Positions 50,346-60,457 are shown, counted from the stretch's first letter. The stretch is 64,000 nucleotides of DNA from an uncultured Chloroflexia bacterium (GCA_963711035.1 CAVQCN010000001.1:1229206-1293205), one strand, 5' to 3'. Program-made: numbers and translations. Notes: generated by a model not told the origin, from the letters alone.

Positions 50346-51227
50346 CTAGAGCGCTGCCAGCACCTTGCGGGTCGAGACGACGTGGCGGTCGACCTTGAGC
50401 TCCTTCGGGTCGATGCCGAGCGCCAGGCCGATGAGCTGCGGTAGGTGCAGGATCGGCACCTCCAGCCCGTTGACCGAGGCGTACTTCGCCGCGTCGGGCT
50501 GCTGCGCGTCCAGGTTGAGGTGGCAGAGCGGGCAGGGCGTGACCAGGCAGTCGGCGCCCTCTTCCTGAGCCTCACTGAGGTGGTTCGCGGCCATCTGAAG
50601 CGAGTTCTTCTTGTTGATGGTCAGGATCGGGAAGCCGCAGCACTTGTCCTGGCCCTCGTAGGTGACGAGGGTGCACCCCAGGGCCTCGATGACGTACTCG
50701 AGGTACTTGTCGCGGTCCGGGTGCTCGTCGAAGCCGAGGACCGGCTCCGGCCGGATGATGTAGCAGCCGTAGAAGGGGCCCGCCTTGAGGCCGGTCAGCG
50801 GCTTGCGCACCATGCTCTTCAGCTTGTCGAGGCCGATGTCTTCCACCAGCACCCAGAGGAAGTTCTTGACCTCGAGTCCCTGCTCGGCGTCGTAGTAGAG
50901 GCCCTCGTCGGCCAGGGCCGCGTTGACCTTCTCGGCCAGTTCGGGATGGTTGCGCATGCGGTTCTGGGCCATGCTCTGCACGCCCTGACAGGTGCTGCAG
51001 ATGTTGATCAGGGGCAGGTCCAGGCGCTGCGCCATGGCGAAGTTGCGCGCGTTGAGCGCGTCCGCCGTCTCCATGCTGTGCTCGCTGATTACGCCGGCGC
51101 CGGTGCAGTTGCCGTCGTACAGCTCTTCGAGCTCGATGCCGAGCTCCGGCGCTACGCGCACCATGGAGGCGTACAGTTCCGGCGCCGCGCCCTTGGAGAC
51201 GCAACCCGGCCAGAAAGCGTATCGCAT
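50346..51227 (-). CDS. Succinate dehydrogenase / fumarate reductase CCG-domain subunit (SdhE/HdrB-like). The start was trimmed to the ATG that overlaps the sdhB stop.
   Basis: Two cysteine-rich CCG motifs (CSTCQG...; CCGFP...CPLC). MRYAFWPGC start. Confidence 0.8.
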   Translation of the reverse strand: MRYAFWPGCVSKGAAPELYASMVRVAPELGIELEELYDGNCTGAGVISEHSMETADALNARNFAMAQRLDLPLINICSTCQGVQSMAQNRMRNHPELAEKVNAALADEGLYYDAEQGLEVKNFLWVLVEDIGLDKLKSMVRKPLTGLKAGPFYGCYIIRPEPVLGFDEHPDRDKYLEYVIEALGCTLVTYEGQDKCCGFPILTINKKNSLQMAANHLSEAQEEGADCLVTPCPLCHLNLDAQQPDAAKYASVNGLEVPILHLPQLIGLALGIDPKELKVDRHVVSTRKVLAAL

Positions 51228-52201
51228 TAGTGACCCCCTACGGCCTGCTTGTGTTCGAACCGCTCGAAGCTCTTGAAGATGCGCTTGACGTGCTTGATGC
51301 CGCCGATCGGCTTGTGGATCGGGTTTGGCATCTTGCCCGACTTGATCATGCGTAGACCCACCGGGATGTCGGATATCTGGCCGATCAGGTTGAAGCGGCC
51401 GTGCGTGTACACGGGCAGCCGGAACTCGTCCAGCCGGCCGCTGTGCTCCACCAGGTTGACGAAGGCGAGCGTGTGACGGCTGCCGTAGTTGTGGGTGATA
51501 CCGTCGTGGACCGCCTCGGCGCGCAGCTTGAGGATCTGGTCCATCGGTTTGACGTCCTTGGGGCAAACCTGCACGCACATGTTGCAGCGGGTGCAGTCCC
51601 ACATGCCGCTCGGGTCGCTGTACTCGCGCAGGCGGGGCAGGTCTTCGGCGTCTCGCGGGTCGCCGACGAAGCGCCAGGCTTTGGCCAGCGCCGCGGGCCC
51701 GACGAAGGTGCGGTCGACTTCGAGGACGGTGCAGTCCATGACGCAGGCGCCGCACATGATGCAGCCCATGGGCTCCATGAGCGCCGACATCGCCTCGTTG
51801 GGCACGACGTACTCGCGCTCCGGCACGGGGCCGCTGGGCTGCAGCCAGGGCTTGACGGATCGCACCTTGTCCCAGAAGGGCGCCATATCGACGACGAGAT
51901 CCTTGATCACCGGCAAGTTGCCGCCGGGCTCGACCGTAATCTCGTCAGCTTCGTCGGCGATGCTGCTCACCTGTGTCTTGCAGGCCAGGCGCGCCGTACC
52001 GTTGATATGCATGGCGCAGGAGCCGCAGATGGCGCTGCGACAGGAGCAGCGCAGCGACAGGGTGCCGTCATGGTACTCGCGCACCTCGATCAGGCTGTCG
52101 AGGACGGTAGCGCTTTCCGGCATGTCGACCGTGTACTGGCGGTAGCCGTCTTCGACGAGCCCGTCAGGGTCGAAGCGTTTGACTTTGAGCTTGACCTCCA
52201 T
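51227..52201 (-). CDS. sdhB: Succinate dehydrogenase iron-sulfur subunit
   Basis: CSCRSAICGSCAM 2Fe-2S motif and CIMCGACVMDC / CTRCNMCVQVCP 4Fe-4S/3Fe-4S motifs. Confidence 0.9.
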   Translation of the reverse strand: MEVKLKVKRFDPDGLVEDGYRQYTVDMPESATVLDSLIEVREYHDGTLSLRCSCRSAICGSCAMHINGTARLACKTQVSSIADEADEITVEPGGNLPVIKDLVVDMAPFWDKVRSVKPWLQPSGPVPEREYVVPNEAMSALMEPMGCIMCGACVMDCTVLEVDRTFVGPAALAKAWRFVGDPRDAEDLPRLREYSDPSGMWDCTRCNMCVQVCPKDVKPMDQILKLRAEAVHDGITHNYGSRHTLAFVNLVEHSGRLDEFRLPVYTHGRFNLIGQISDIPVGLRMIKSGKMPNPIHKPIGGIKHVKRIFKSFERFEHKQAVGGH

Positions 52202-53880
52202 CAGTACGTCCTTTCCTGGGGCTCCCAGCGCGTGATCGTCACCGGCAGCTCGCCGAGTTGGGGTCCCTGCGGCGCGTAGCTGCAGGTGATGTGCTTCAGC
52301 CAGTTCTCGTCGTCCCGGTTCGGGAAGTCGAGGCGCGTGTGAGCGCCGCGGCTCTCCTTACGCTCGATGGCCGACGCGACGATCGTCTCGGCAACTTCGA
52401 GCATGAAGCCGAGCTCGATATGGAAGAGGAGGTCGGTGTTGAACACCTTGCCCTTGGATTCGACGCCGACGGTCTGATAGCGCTTCTGCAGCGCCTTGAT
52501 GTCTTCCAGGCCGGACTTGAGCAGCTCCTCGTTGCGGAACACCTGCACCTTTTCGTTCATGGCGCGGCCCATGTCGCGGCGGATGTGGGCGATACGCTCG
52601 TCTGTCAGCGGACGGTCGAGGATCGACTGGACGTTGCGCTTGGCGGCCTCGGCATAGCGCTCGTCCGGCAGGCGCCACTGCAGGCCGCGAGCGCGCTCGG
52701 CGGCATCGGCGCCGGAGCGCTTGCCGAAGATGACGGTGTCGAGCAGCGAGTTCGCGCCGAGACGGTTGGCGCCGTGGACGCTGACGCAGGCGGTCTCGCC
52801 GGCGGCGTAGAGGCCCGCGACGTTCGTCTTGCCGTCCACGTCGGTCTTGATGCCCCCCATGATGTAGTGCATGCCGGGCAGGATCGGGATCGGCTCCTTG
52901 ACGACGTCGACGCCGGCGAAGTCGATGCCGATTTCGCGGATCTGCCACAAGCGCTCGCGGATGCGGTCGTAGCCCAGGTGCCGCAGGTCGAGCAGCACGC
53001 AGCCGTCGATGCCGCGTCCTTCGTTGATCTCGGTCTGCTCGGCGCGCGAGACGACGTCGCGGCTGGCCAGCTCCATCATGTTCGGTGCGTATTTCTCCAT
53101 GAAGCGATCGCCGGCGGCGTTGAGCAGGTAGGCGCCCTCGCCGCGCGCGCCCTCGGTGATGAGGACGCCGGAGCCCTTCAGGGTTGTGGGGTGGAACTGC
53201 ACCATCTCCATGTCCATGAGCGGCGCGCCGGCGTGGTACGCCAGGCTGAGGCCGTCACCGGTGCAGATGAGGGCGTTGGTGCTGGGCTCGTAGACGCGGC
53301 CGGCACCGCCGGTGGCGACGATGACCGCTTTGGCAGCGATCGTGTGGATCTCGCCGGTGCGGATCTCCATGGCGACGGCGCCTTTGCACATGCCGTCTTC
53401 CATAATCAGGTCAAGGACGAACCACTCTTCGTAGACGCGCAGGCCGTTCTTCATGAGCTGCTCGTACAGCACGTGCAGGATGGCCTGGCCGGTGATGTCG
53501 CCGACGAAGTAGGTCCGGGCGCGTTGCTGGCCGCCGAAGGCGCGCGAGCCGAGGTGGCCCGATTCGTCGCGGTGGAAGATGACGCCCATGCGCTCGAGGG
53601 CGAGCACCTCAGCGCCGGCCTCGGAGCATAGGACCTCGATGGCGTCCTGGTCGCCGAGGTAGTCGCTGCCCTTCACGGTGTCGTACGCGTGGTCTTCCCA
53701 GGTATCGTCTACGTCGACGGCGGCGTTGATACCGCCCTGGGCAGCGTTGGAGTGGCTGCGGACCGGGTGCACTTTGGTGATGATCGCGACGTCCGCGCCT
53801 TCTGCTTGAGCAGCGAGACCGGCTCGCATACCGGCCAGACCGGCGCCGATAATCAGGACATCGTGCTCGAATATGGCCAT
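52201..53880 (-). CDS. sdhA: Succinate dehydrogenase flavoprotein subunit. The start was trimmed to the ATG at 53880.
   Basis: DVLIIGAGLAGMRAG FAD motif. HSNAAQGG covalent-FAD His region. Confidence 0.9.
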   Translation of the reverse strand: MAIFEHDVLIIGAGLAGMRAGLAAQAEGADVAIITKVHPVRSHSNAAQGGINAAVDVDDTWEDHAYDTVKGSDYLGDQDAIEVLCSEAGAEVLALERMGVIFHRDESGHLGSRAFGGQQRARTYFVGDITGQAILHVLYEQLMKNGLRVYEEWFVLDLIMEDGMCKGAVAMEIRTGEIHTIAAKAVIVATGGAGRVYEPSTNALICTGDGLSLAYHAGAPLMDMEMVQFHPTTLKGSGVLITEGARGEGAYLLNAAGDRFMEKYAPNMMELASRDVVSRAEQTEINEGRGIDGCVLLDLRHLGYDRIRERLWQIREIGIDFAGVDVVKEPIPILPGMHYIMGGIKTDVDGKTNVAGLYAAGETACVSVHGANRLGANSLLDTVIFGKRSGADAAERARGLQWRLPDERYAEAAKRNVQSILDRPLTDERIAHIRRDMGRAMNEKVQVFRNEELLKSGLEDIKALQKRYQTVGVESKGKVFNTDLLFHIELGFMLEVAETIVASAIERKESRGAHTRLDFPNRDDENWLKHITCSYAPQGPQLGELPVTITRWEPQERTY

Positions 53881-54051
53881 GTATGGGACCTCCCGGGGGT
53901 CGCCAGCGCGGGATCGTCGGTTGTTGGCTCGTGAGCCAGCCCCCATGACTCTGAACCAAAAGCGATGTTAGCGCTGACCCCAGATACGAGCAAGGAAACC
54001 GATCCAATTTTCATGTCTGGTTCACATGCGCTGACGAAGGACTTCGGCTCT

Positions 54052-54093
54052 AGGGCAGAAAAGGAATCGGAGGCTCATCATGAGCCTCCGATT
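54052..54093 (-). terminator. Rho-independent terminator candidate between the GNAT gene and sdhA
   Basis: 12-bp perfect stem AATCGGAGGCTC/GAGCCTCCGATT, followed on the minus strand by CCUUUUCUGCC. Confidence 0.45.
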
Positions 54094-54375
54094 GCATGTC
54101 CACGTCTTGGATTTGCTTCAGTCCTGCTCCGCCTCTGGGAAATCGTTCCCGTCAACTCGGGCCTCGTTGCGAGGCGCCCGCTGAACTTTCGATTTGGGCG
54201 GGCTCAGGACTCTTCGCTGCCTTGCCAGACTCCTTCCGGCAAGGCCTTATCTGTCAACCTGCCAGACTCCGTAGAGGACCCTGATGTTGGTGCTGAATCT
54301 CTTCATGTCACCCTCTTTCGGGTTTATTCGAGGTGTTCTCTTCTTTCTCTCTACACCTTGATCATACTCCGCCGG

Positions 54376-54972
54376 TCAAGGATTTGCCGGCACGTTTGTC
54401 AGCTTCGGATTGGGCAGGATCCCGGCGACCTCGAACCAGGCTGGCTCACTGCGCGGATTGACGTAGACGGTCATGCCGAGCTTCCGCATGACTGCTTGCG
54501 AAGCCACGTTGTCCTGCTCGGTCGTTGCCACCACCCGGCGCAGGTTCATCTCGCCGAAGAGAAAGTCGATGACGGCACGCGCCGCCTCCGTCGCGTAGCC
54601 CTTTCGTAGATGCGTGTCGCGTGTCGCCCAGAAGAGGCCGACTTCCGGCTGGAAGAAGCCAGCTTCATCGCCGTCGACGGGTGCCGTGAGCTGATCGAAG
54701 GGTGCCAGGCTTGGCACGACTCCCACCGCGCCGACGAGCTCCGACGTTGCCTTGAGAACAACGGCGCGATCGCCGTACGGCGGCTGGTCCATCTCGGCCA
54801 GGATGTCGTAGTTGAGCAGCGTCCAGTCGAGCCATCTGCGCCGTTGGTCCAATGTCTGTCCCGTTTGCCATGCCTCCAGGTCGAGGAGACGCCAGCAAGC
54901 CTCGAGGTCGTTGGGCGCAAAAGGCCGGACGAGCAAGCGTTCCGTTTCCAGGATCGGCATCGCGGTGCTCAT
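54376..54972 (-). CDS. GNAT family N-acetyltransferase (RimJ/RimL-like)
   Basis: RLLVRPFAPNDLEA...ATTEQDNVASQAVMRKLGM acetyl-CoA fold motifs. Confidence 0.8.
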   Translation of the reverse strand: MSTAMPILETERLLVRPFAPNDLEACWRLLDLEAWQTGQTLDQRRRWLDWTLLNYDILAEMDQPPYGDRAVVLKATSELVGAVGVVPSLAPFDQLTAPVDGDEAGFFQPEVGLFWATRDTHLRKGYATEAARAVIDFLFGEMNLRRVVATTEQDNVASQAVMRKLGMTVYVNPRSEPAWFEVAGILPNPKLTNVPANP

Positions 54973-55003
54973 GGGCGGCCTATCGAGGCGTGTGGAGCGT
55001 CCG

Positions 55004-55822
55004 TCAGGCGTTCAGGCTTTCGGCCCACTGCGGCGGGTTCTCGGCCTTGTAGCGCTCGAAGACGCCGGGTTCGGCCAGCTTCTGCAGGATCTCGGCGTCG
55101 CTGTAGTTCTCGCCGGTGCAGGTGGCTGTCGTCTGCATGGCCATGATGATCGCCGCCTCGACGTAGCTGTCTTCGGGCGTCACGAGGCCGGTACTCGGGC
55201 CGCGCACGTCGCGACCGTAGCGCCAGCCCGGCGTCGAGATGGCGGCGACGGGCCGCAGGCTGTTGACGGCGATCCCTTTGTCGCGTAGCTCGTCCGCCAG
55301 GCCGATGGTCATGCTCTCGATGGCGCGCTTGGTGGCGCCGTAATGGCCGCCGCCGCGGTGCGCCGCGATCGACGAGATGTTGATGATGGTGCCGCTGCCG
55401 TGCTCGATCATCGAGGGTAGGGCGGCGCGGATCGTGTAGAAGGCGCCGTGCACGTTGATGCGGAACTCCAGCTCCCAGTGGCGGATCTGCATCGTAGCGA
55501 CGGTGCCGGGCGGCTGCACGGCGGCGTTGGTCATGAGCACGTCGATGCGGCCGTAGCGGTCGAGCACCTTCTGCACCATGGCTTCGACCGACTCGTAGTC
55601 GGCGACGTTGCACGCGACGGGAAACGCCTGGCCGCCGGCCTCTTCGACCAGCTTCGCCGTTTCGTAGATGGTGCCGGGCAGGCGCTCGTCGCGTACCTCT
55701 TCGCTGCGTGCCGCCACGACCACGGTCGCGCCCTCGCGTCCGTAGCCGATAGCGCAGTACTGTCCCAGGCCCCGGCTGGAGCCCGTGATCACCGCTACCT
55801 TGCCCTCGAGTCTGCCTGCCAT
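55004..55822 (-). CDS. SDR family oxidoreductase
   Basis: VAVITGSSRGLG TGxxxGxG motif, NAA, and the YxxxK region. Confidence 0.9.
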   Translation of the reverse strand: MAGRLEGKVAVITGSSRGLGQYCAIGYGREGATVVVAARSEEVRDERLPGTIYETAKLVEEAGGQAFPVACNVADYESVEAMVQKVLDRYGRIDVLMTNAAVQPPGTVATMQIRHWELEFRINVHGAFYTIRAALPSMIEHGSGTIINISSIAAHRGGGHYGATKRAIESMTIGLADELRDKGIAVNSLRPVAAISTPGWRYGRDVRGPSTGLVTPEDSYVEAAIIMAMQTTATCTGENYSDAEILQKLAEPGVFERYKAENPPQWAESLNA

Positions 55823-55872
55823 GTCAGCGTCTCCTCTCTGCCGGTCGATGATAGGCCATTGACACGGCTGGT

Positions 55873-55898
55873 TGTCACTCTGAACGAAGTGAAGAGTC
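55873..55898. repeat. Diverged copy of the TGTCA(T/C)TCTGA(G/A)CG..G.GAAGA(A/G)TC repeat family
   Basis: TGTCACTCTGAACGAAGTGAAGAGTC. Compare the reverse complement of 50040-50066. Confidence 0.35.
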
Positions 55899-56258
55899 TG
55901 GCCTTGGCTGATGAGCCGCCATCTGGTCAGCGGTTGCCCTCCTCACTCCGCATCCGGGAGGCTGCTTCGTCCCCGCCCCTTTCGAGGGAGGAGAATCGGG
56001 AGGACACCTCCCGAACCCACCGCGCATGGGCTTCGTCCCCGCGACCCTTGCTGGCATTTCCCTCCGACTGAGGGTAGCCCTTGCAGAGCCATGCCCTACT
56101 GCCATTCGGAAGTGTTGGGGCCGGCGCGTGGCTGGGCTTGCAAACCGGTTTAGTGACCTCCGCTTCGCCTATTGTTGCCGTTCGACGGGAAGTAGCCTGT
56201 TTCAGTCCCGATTCGCGGTTGGGGAGACCGCAAACGTTTCGATCTCCGGGGAGAATGC

Positions 56259-57545
56259 GTGACGTCTATCCAGGCCTCGTCCGGGAGGAAGGTCTTCTAC
56301 GGCTGGAAGGTGCTGGGCGTCAGCGTGGCCGGCGCCTTCCTGGCGGCGACGACCTCCCAGCTGTTCATGGGGGCCATGCTGCCCGACATCCAGGACGGCA
56401 CCGGCTGGAGTCGCAGCTCGATCACGCTGGGCGTGACGCTGGGCAGCATGACGGCCGGCTTCGTGGCGCCGTTCTTCGGCCGGCTGGCCGACCTGTACGG
56501 CTCGCGGATCCTGAGCTCGATTGGCGCCGTCGTTTCGGCGGCTGGGCTTTGTCTCATTGCCCTGAGCGCGACGGCAGGCATCCTCGTCTTCTACGCCGGC
56601 TTCATCGTGGCGCGGGCCTCGTCCGCCAACATGCTTTCGGGTGTGGTGCCGCGCACGACGATTGTGAACTGGTTCCGGCGCCGTCGCGGCCGGGCGCTGG
56701 GGCTGCTGAGCATGGCGATCCCGCTGGGCGGTGCGGCCCTCGTGCCCATCGCCAAGCTGGTCAGCGACCTCTACGGCTGGTCGACGGTGTTCTACGCCGT
56801 CGGCGTTGCCATGCTGCTTCTGCTGCCCGTGCTGGCGCTGGTGCTGCGCCGCCGGCCGGAGGACCTTGGCCTGCAACCGGACGGCGACGAAACACCCGCG
56901 GTTTCCGCTGAGCTGCAACCTGCCGCAAGGGACCCCGACGACGACTGGAGCCTGCGCCAGGCGATGCGCACGCCGCCCTTCTGGCTGCTCATCGGGGCCC
57001 TCACCTGCGGCACGTTTGCCAATGGTGGCGTCGGCTTTCACCAGGCCGCGTATTTCGAGGACCAGGGCGTTTCCACCGCCGCCGTAGCGTTGGCGATTAG
57101 CACCTATGCCATTTCAGGCGCCTTTGCCAACGGCCTCTGGGGTTTCCTGGTCGAGTACGTCTCGGAGCGGCTCCTGGGCGCGCTGACTCTGTTCTCGGCG
57201 GCCCTGCTGCAGCTGTTTCTGCTCACCGTAGCTTCGCCGGTCGGCGCGGTGCTCTTCGCCGTGGGCTTCGGCCTGTCGGCGCGGGGCCAGCAATCGATCA
57301 TCGTGGTGATGCAGGCGAAGTACTTCGGCCGCGGCTCCTTCGGCGCCATCTCCGGTTTCTCGACACCGTTCCAACAGATCTCGCTGGGCCTCGGTCCCAT
57401 CGTGGCGGCGCTTATCTACGACGCCTCAGGCGCCAGCTACACGATTGCCTTCCTGCTCTTCGGAGTCATGTTCGCGATTGCCGCGTCCCTGGTCTGGCTG
57501 GCGAAGCAGCCGTCGCTGCCGCCGGAGGGTGGTTCGGTGGCCTGA
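56259..57545 (+). CDS. MFS transporter
   Basis: Twelve TM helices. GRLADLYGSR loop motif. Confidence 0.8.
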   Translation: MTSIQASSGRKVFYGWKVLGVSVAGAFLAATTSQLFMGAMLPDIQDGTGWSRSSITLGVTLGSMTAGFVAPFFGRLADLYGSRILSSIGAVVSAAGLCLIALSATAGILVFYAGFIVARASSANMLSGVVPRTTIVNWFRRRRGRALGLLSMAIPLGGAALVPIAKLVSDLYGWSTVFYAVGVAMLLLLPVLALVLRRRPEDLGLQPDGDETPAVSAELQPAARDPDDDWSLRQAMRTPPFWLLIGALTCGTFANGGVGFHQAAYFEDQGVSTAAVALAISTYAISGAFANGLWGFLVEYVSERLLGALTLFSAALLQLFLLTVASPVGAVLFAVGFGLSARGQQSIIVVMQAKYFGRGSFGAISGFSTPFQQISLGLGPIVAALIYDASGASYTIAFLLFGVMFAIAASLVWLAKQPSLPPEGGSVA

Positions 57546-57553
57546 CGACCGGT

Positions 57554-59074
57554 TCAGGCGCTGTCGGAGACGGTGGCCGACGCGTGCGGATAGCCGGTCG
57601 CGCCCGACGGATACGGGTCGGCGACCTGCTTCGTCTGCACCTGGCCGTCACCGTCCGTTGCGCGCGCGACGATGTTGAGGTTCTTGGCGGCGGGCTTCGA
57701 GGTGATGTCGTAGTACCAGAGCACCCACGTGTACGGCGACAGCGCCGGTTTCAATGTGGCGTCCGCCCACGTCGTGCCGTCATCGAGCGAGACCTCGACC
57801 TTGCTGATGCCGCGGTTGCCGGAGAACGCGATGCCGTGGATCCGGTAGGGGAGGCTCTCGATCGACGTGTGGACGTAAGGCACGTCGATGCGGGTCGAGG
57901 TGTTCATGCGCCCGACCTCGTCCCAGCCGCGCTGCTCCCAGTAGCCGAGCGTCTCCTTCGAGGAGAGGGCAATCTCGGTGATCCACTTCGGACCTTTGAA
58001 GCCGTACTTGCCGGGAGCGATCATGCGCAACGGATAGCCGTGCTTGGAGGGCAGCGTCTCGCCGTTCATCTGCCACACGAGCATGACGGACTCGTTCATG
58101 ACGAAGTCGAGCGGCAGGCACTGCGTGAAGTCATCGGCCGCCTTGAAGGCGACGAAGTTCGCGCCGGGCCTGGGCTGCGCCATGTCCAGCAGGTCCTTGA
58201 GCGGGAAACCGCGCCACAGGGCGTTGCTGATCAAGTCGCCGCCGACCTCATTGCTGATGCACTGCAGCGTCGTGTACTGCTCGCGTGAGGGCAGGGCTTT
58301 GATCTCGTCGTAGGTGAACTCGAGCATGTTCTCCGCCTCGCCGCCGACGCGCAGCCGCCAGGAGCCGGCGTCGACCGTCGGGTCGAAGAGGTTCTTGGAG
58401 ACGAGGTAGAAGTTTTCGTTGGGCGTGATCTCGGGAGTCGGATCGCCGGTGGGGCCGCTGCTCTGCACGCCGCCGTGGCTCGTCTTCAGCACCTGGCGGG
58501 CCACGATGTACAACGCCAGCCCGGCGGTGAGGATGGGCAGCGCGCCCAGGAAGCGGCGCCGCGATGGTGCTTCGGCGCCCGCGGTGGCAGGCTCCGGTTC
58601 GCGTGTCGGCAGCAGCGTGATCATCGTGGTGGTCGCGACGACGCCGAAAACGGCGCAGCGTGCCGCGGTCAGCAGGCCGTACTCGAGCCAGGTCGTGTGG
58701 CTGCCGAGCTGCGCCTTGGTCAGCACGATGAGGGCGGCGGTGGCGACCATGAGAGCCAGCCAGGCGGCGCCGGCGGCGAACACCACCTTGGTGCGCAGCG
58801 CGAGGAGCTGCCAGACGACCACGTACAGCGCCAGCTCGCCCAGGATGACCGACGTGAAGAGCAGGGGCTTGCCGACGGGGCCGAGCTTCTCCAGCAGGAA
58901 GGCGAAGCCACGCGGCTGCAGCGTGTCGCTGCTGGCGTCAACGACGATCTCGGCCAGCAGCTTGCCGTCGATAACCTCGCGCAACAGCAGGCCGACCGCG
59001 ACCGCGCAGACGCCGCCCACGAGGGGCGGCAACAGCATTGTGGTCAGGGATGGTCGCGATAGGTCGTCTTGCAT
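57554..59074 (-). CDS. Polytopic membrane protein with a C-terminal sulfite-oxidase-fold molybdopterin domain and an internal twin-arginine motif
   Basis: About 150 aa with four TM helices, then APSRRRFLGALPILTAGLALY (Tat-like motif), then the SUOX-family Mo domain (LQCISNEVGG...PLRMIAPGKYGFKGPKWI). Confidence 0.8.
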   Translation of the reverse strand: MQDDLSRPSLTTMLLPPLVGGVCAVAVGLLLREVIDGKLLAEIVVDASSDTLQPRGFAFLLEKLGPVGKPLLFTSVILGELALYVVVWQLLALRTKVVFAAGAAWLALMVATAALIVLTKAQLGSHTTWLEYGLLTAARCAVFGVVATTTMITLLPTREPEPATAGAEAPSRRRFLGALPILTAGLALYIVARQVLKTSHGGVQSSGPTGDPTPEITPNENFYLVSKNLFDPTVDAGSWRLRVGGEAENMLEFTYDEIKALPSREQYTTLQCISNEVGGDLISNALWRGFPLKDLLDMAQPRPGANFVAFKAADDFTQCLPLDFVMNESVMLVWQMNGETLPSKHGYPLRMIAPGKYGFKGPKWITEIALSSKETLGYWEQRGWDEVGRMNTSTRIDVPYVHTSIESLPYRIHGIAFSGNRGISKVEVSLDDGTTWADATLKPALSPYTWVLWYYDITSKPAAKNLNIVARATDGDGQVQTKQVADPYPSGATGYPHASATVSDSA

Positions 59075-59128
59075 GGCACCGGCCCCGATTCATCGGCGAC
59101 TTTGCCAGTGCATCATACCGTCGAGTTA

Positions 59129-59497
59129 TTACGAAGCCCTTACACTCGGCCGTCGTGAGCGGGTCGAGGACTTGTTCTGGGGCGCGGCTTCTTTAGTCGT
59201 CAGGTGGTGTACCTGCGTGTCGAGCTCGCCTACCCTCGTGCGCAGGCCAGAGAGCTCCTCCTTGAGTTCGAGCATCTCAGTCAGGGCGTCGGCCAGCAGG
59301 ACGTCGCTCTGGCTGATCGTCGCGTTGTCGTAGGCTCCGCGGTCCGAGGTAATGGGATGCGTCGACGTATCCGCTGTTGGGGACCTCGGAACGAAGGTGT
59401 GACGCTGCGGGATCGGCATCGAGCGTTCCGACAGAGCCATGTAGATGGCGGCGCCGCCCATGAACATGAGCAGCGGGATGACGAGCAGCATTTCCAT
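59129..59497 (-). CDS. Hypothetical small membrane-anchored coiled-coil protein
   Basis: N-terminal TM (LLVIPLLMFMGGAAIYMAL). C-terminal heptad-like ELKEELSGLRTRVGELDTQVHHL. Confidence 0.4.
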   Translation of the reverse strand: MEMLLVIPLLMFMGGAAIYMALSERSMPIPQRHTFVPRSPTADTSTHPITSDRGAYDNATISQSDVLLADALTEMLELKEELSGLRTRVGELDTQVHHLTTKEAAPQNKSSTRSRRPSVRAS

Positions 59498-59603
59498 CGT
59501 CCACCTCCAGAAGGGGTGGAATCACCATAGACCCGCGATTCGTCGAGGCGAATCAGGAAAGCCCCTATCTCCGCGGCCATCTTTCCGGAGGTGTGATCCC
59601 TAG

Positions 59604-60002
59604 CTACGACCTCTGGACGATCTGCGTGAGCACGCCGCCCGTCATCGAGGGGTGGACGAAGACCATGCCTTTCACCGGGTTGCCTTCGCCGGGGTCGCCG
59701 ACCAGCCGGATGCCCTTGGCTCGCAGGTCAGAGAGCGTCGCGTTGATGTCGTCGACGCGTGCCGCGATCATGTAGACGCCTTCGCCCGACGTGGCGACGC
59801 GCCGGCCTACCGGTCCCGCCTCGTCGGTTGGGCATACAAGCTCGACGTAGCTGTCCGCGAGCCGGAAGTAGACGTTCTCGAAGCCGGCGCCTTCGGTGGC
59901 GTGTCGCTCCGTGGCCGGGACGCCGTAGATCGCCTCGTACTGCTTGATGCTGGCGTCGAGGTCTTTGACCGCGATGACGACGTGGTCGATGTCCTTGAAC
60001 AT
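59604..60002 (-). CDS. Methylmalonyl-CoA epimerase / VOC (glyoxalase) family protein
   Basis: IDHVVIAVKDLDASI...GIRLV... paired beta-alpha-beta-beta-beta modules. Confidence 0.8.
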   Translation of the reverse strand: MFKDIDHVVIAVKDLDASIKQYEAIYGVPATERHATEGAGFENVYFRLADSYVELVCPTDEAGPVGRRVATSGEGVYMIAARVDDINATLSDLRAKGIRLVGDPGEGNPVKGMVFVHPSMTGGVLTQIVQRS

Positions 60003-60148
60003 GGTCTGATTCCTCCTCCTATTACAGGTACCGCGCCTCCGGATTCTCGCCCATTCGGGGGCGGGAGGCTACTCGGTCGATCGATGGGCCATCCTGCGCT
60101 CGGATCGGCGACGAACGGCCCTACGCCGCTGCCGGAGGCAGCGTCATA

Positions 60149-60430
60149 GTGGTGGTGGAGGTGGTCATGGTGGACAAGGAGACCTTCAAGCTCGACGTCA
60201 ACGACATGAGCGAGAAGCTCAAGCAGCTCCTGCACGAAGGCAACGTCCGGCGCATCTCCGTCAAGCGCGGCGATGACGTAATCGCCGAGTTTCCACTGAC
60301 GGCAGCGGTGGTCGGTGCGGTGATTGCGCCGGTACTGGCGGCCGTAGGCGCCATTGCCGCGCTGGTAACGGACTGCACGATCGAGGTGGAGCGGACGGAT
60401 GCAAGCGAGGAGCAGGAGCCGCAGAGCTAA
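60149..60430 (+). CDS. DUF4342 domain protein
   Basis: KLKQLLHEGNVRRISVKRGDDVIAEFPLTAAVVGAVIAPVLAAVGAIAALVTDCTIEVER matches the DUF4342 signature. Confidence 0.7.
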   Translation: MVVEVVMVDKETFKLDVNDMSEKLKQLLHEGNVRRISVKRGDDVIAEFPLTAAVVGAVIAPVLAAVGAIAALVTDCTIEVERTDASEEQEPQS

Positions 60431-60457
60431 TCGCAAAAATCGACAAGGGGGTAAAGG

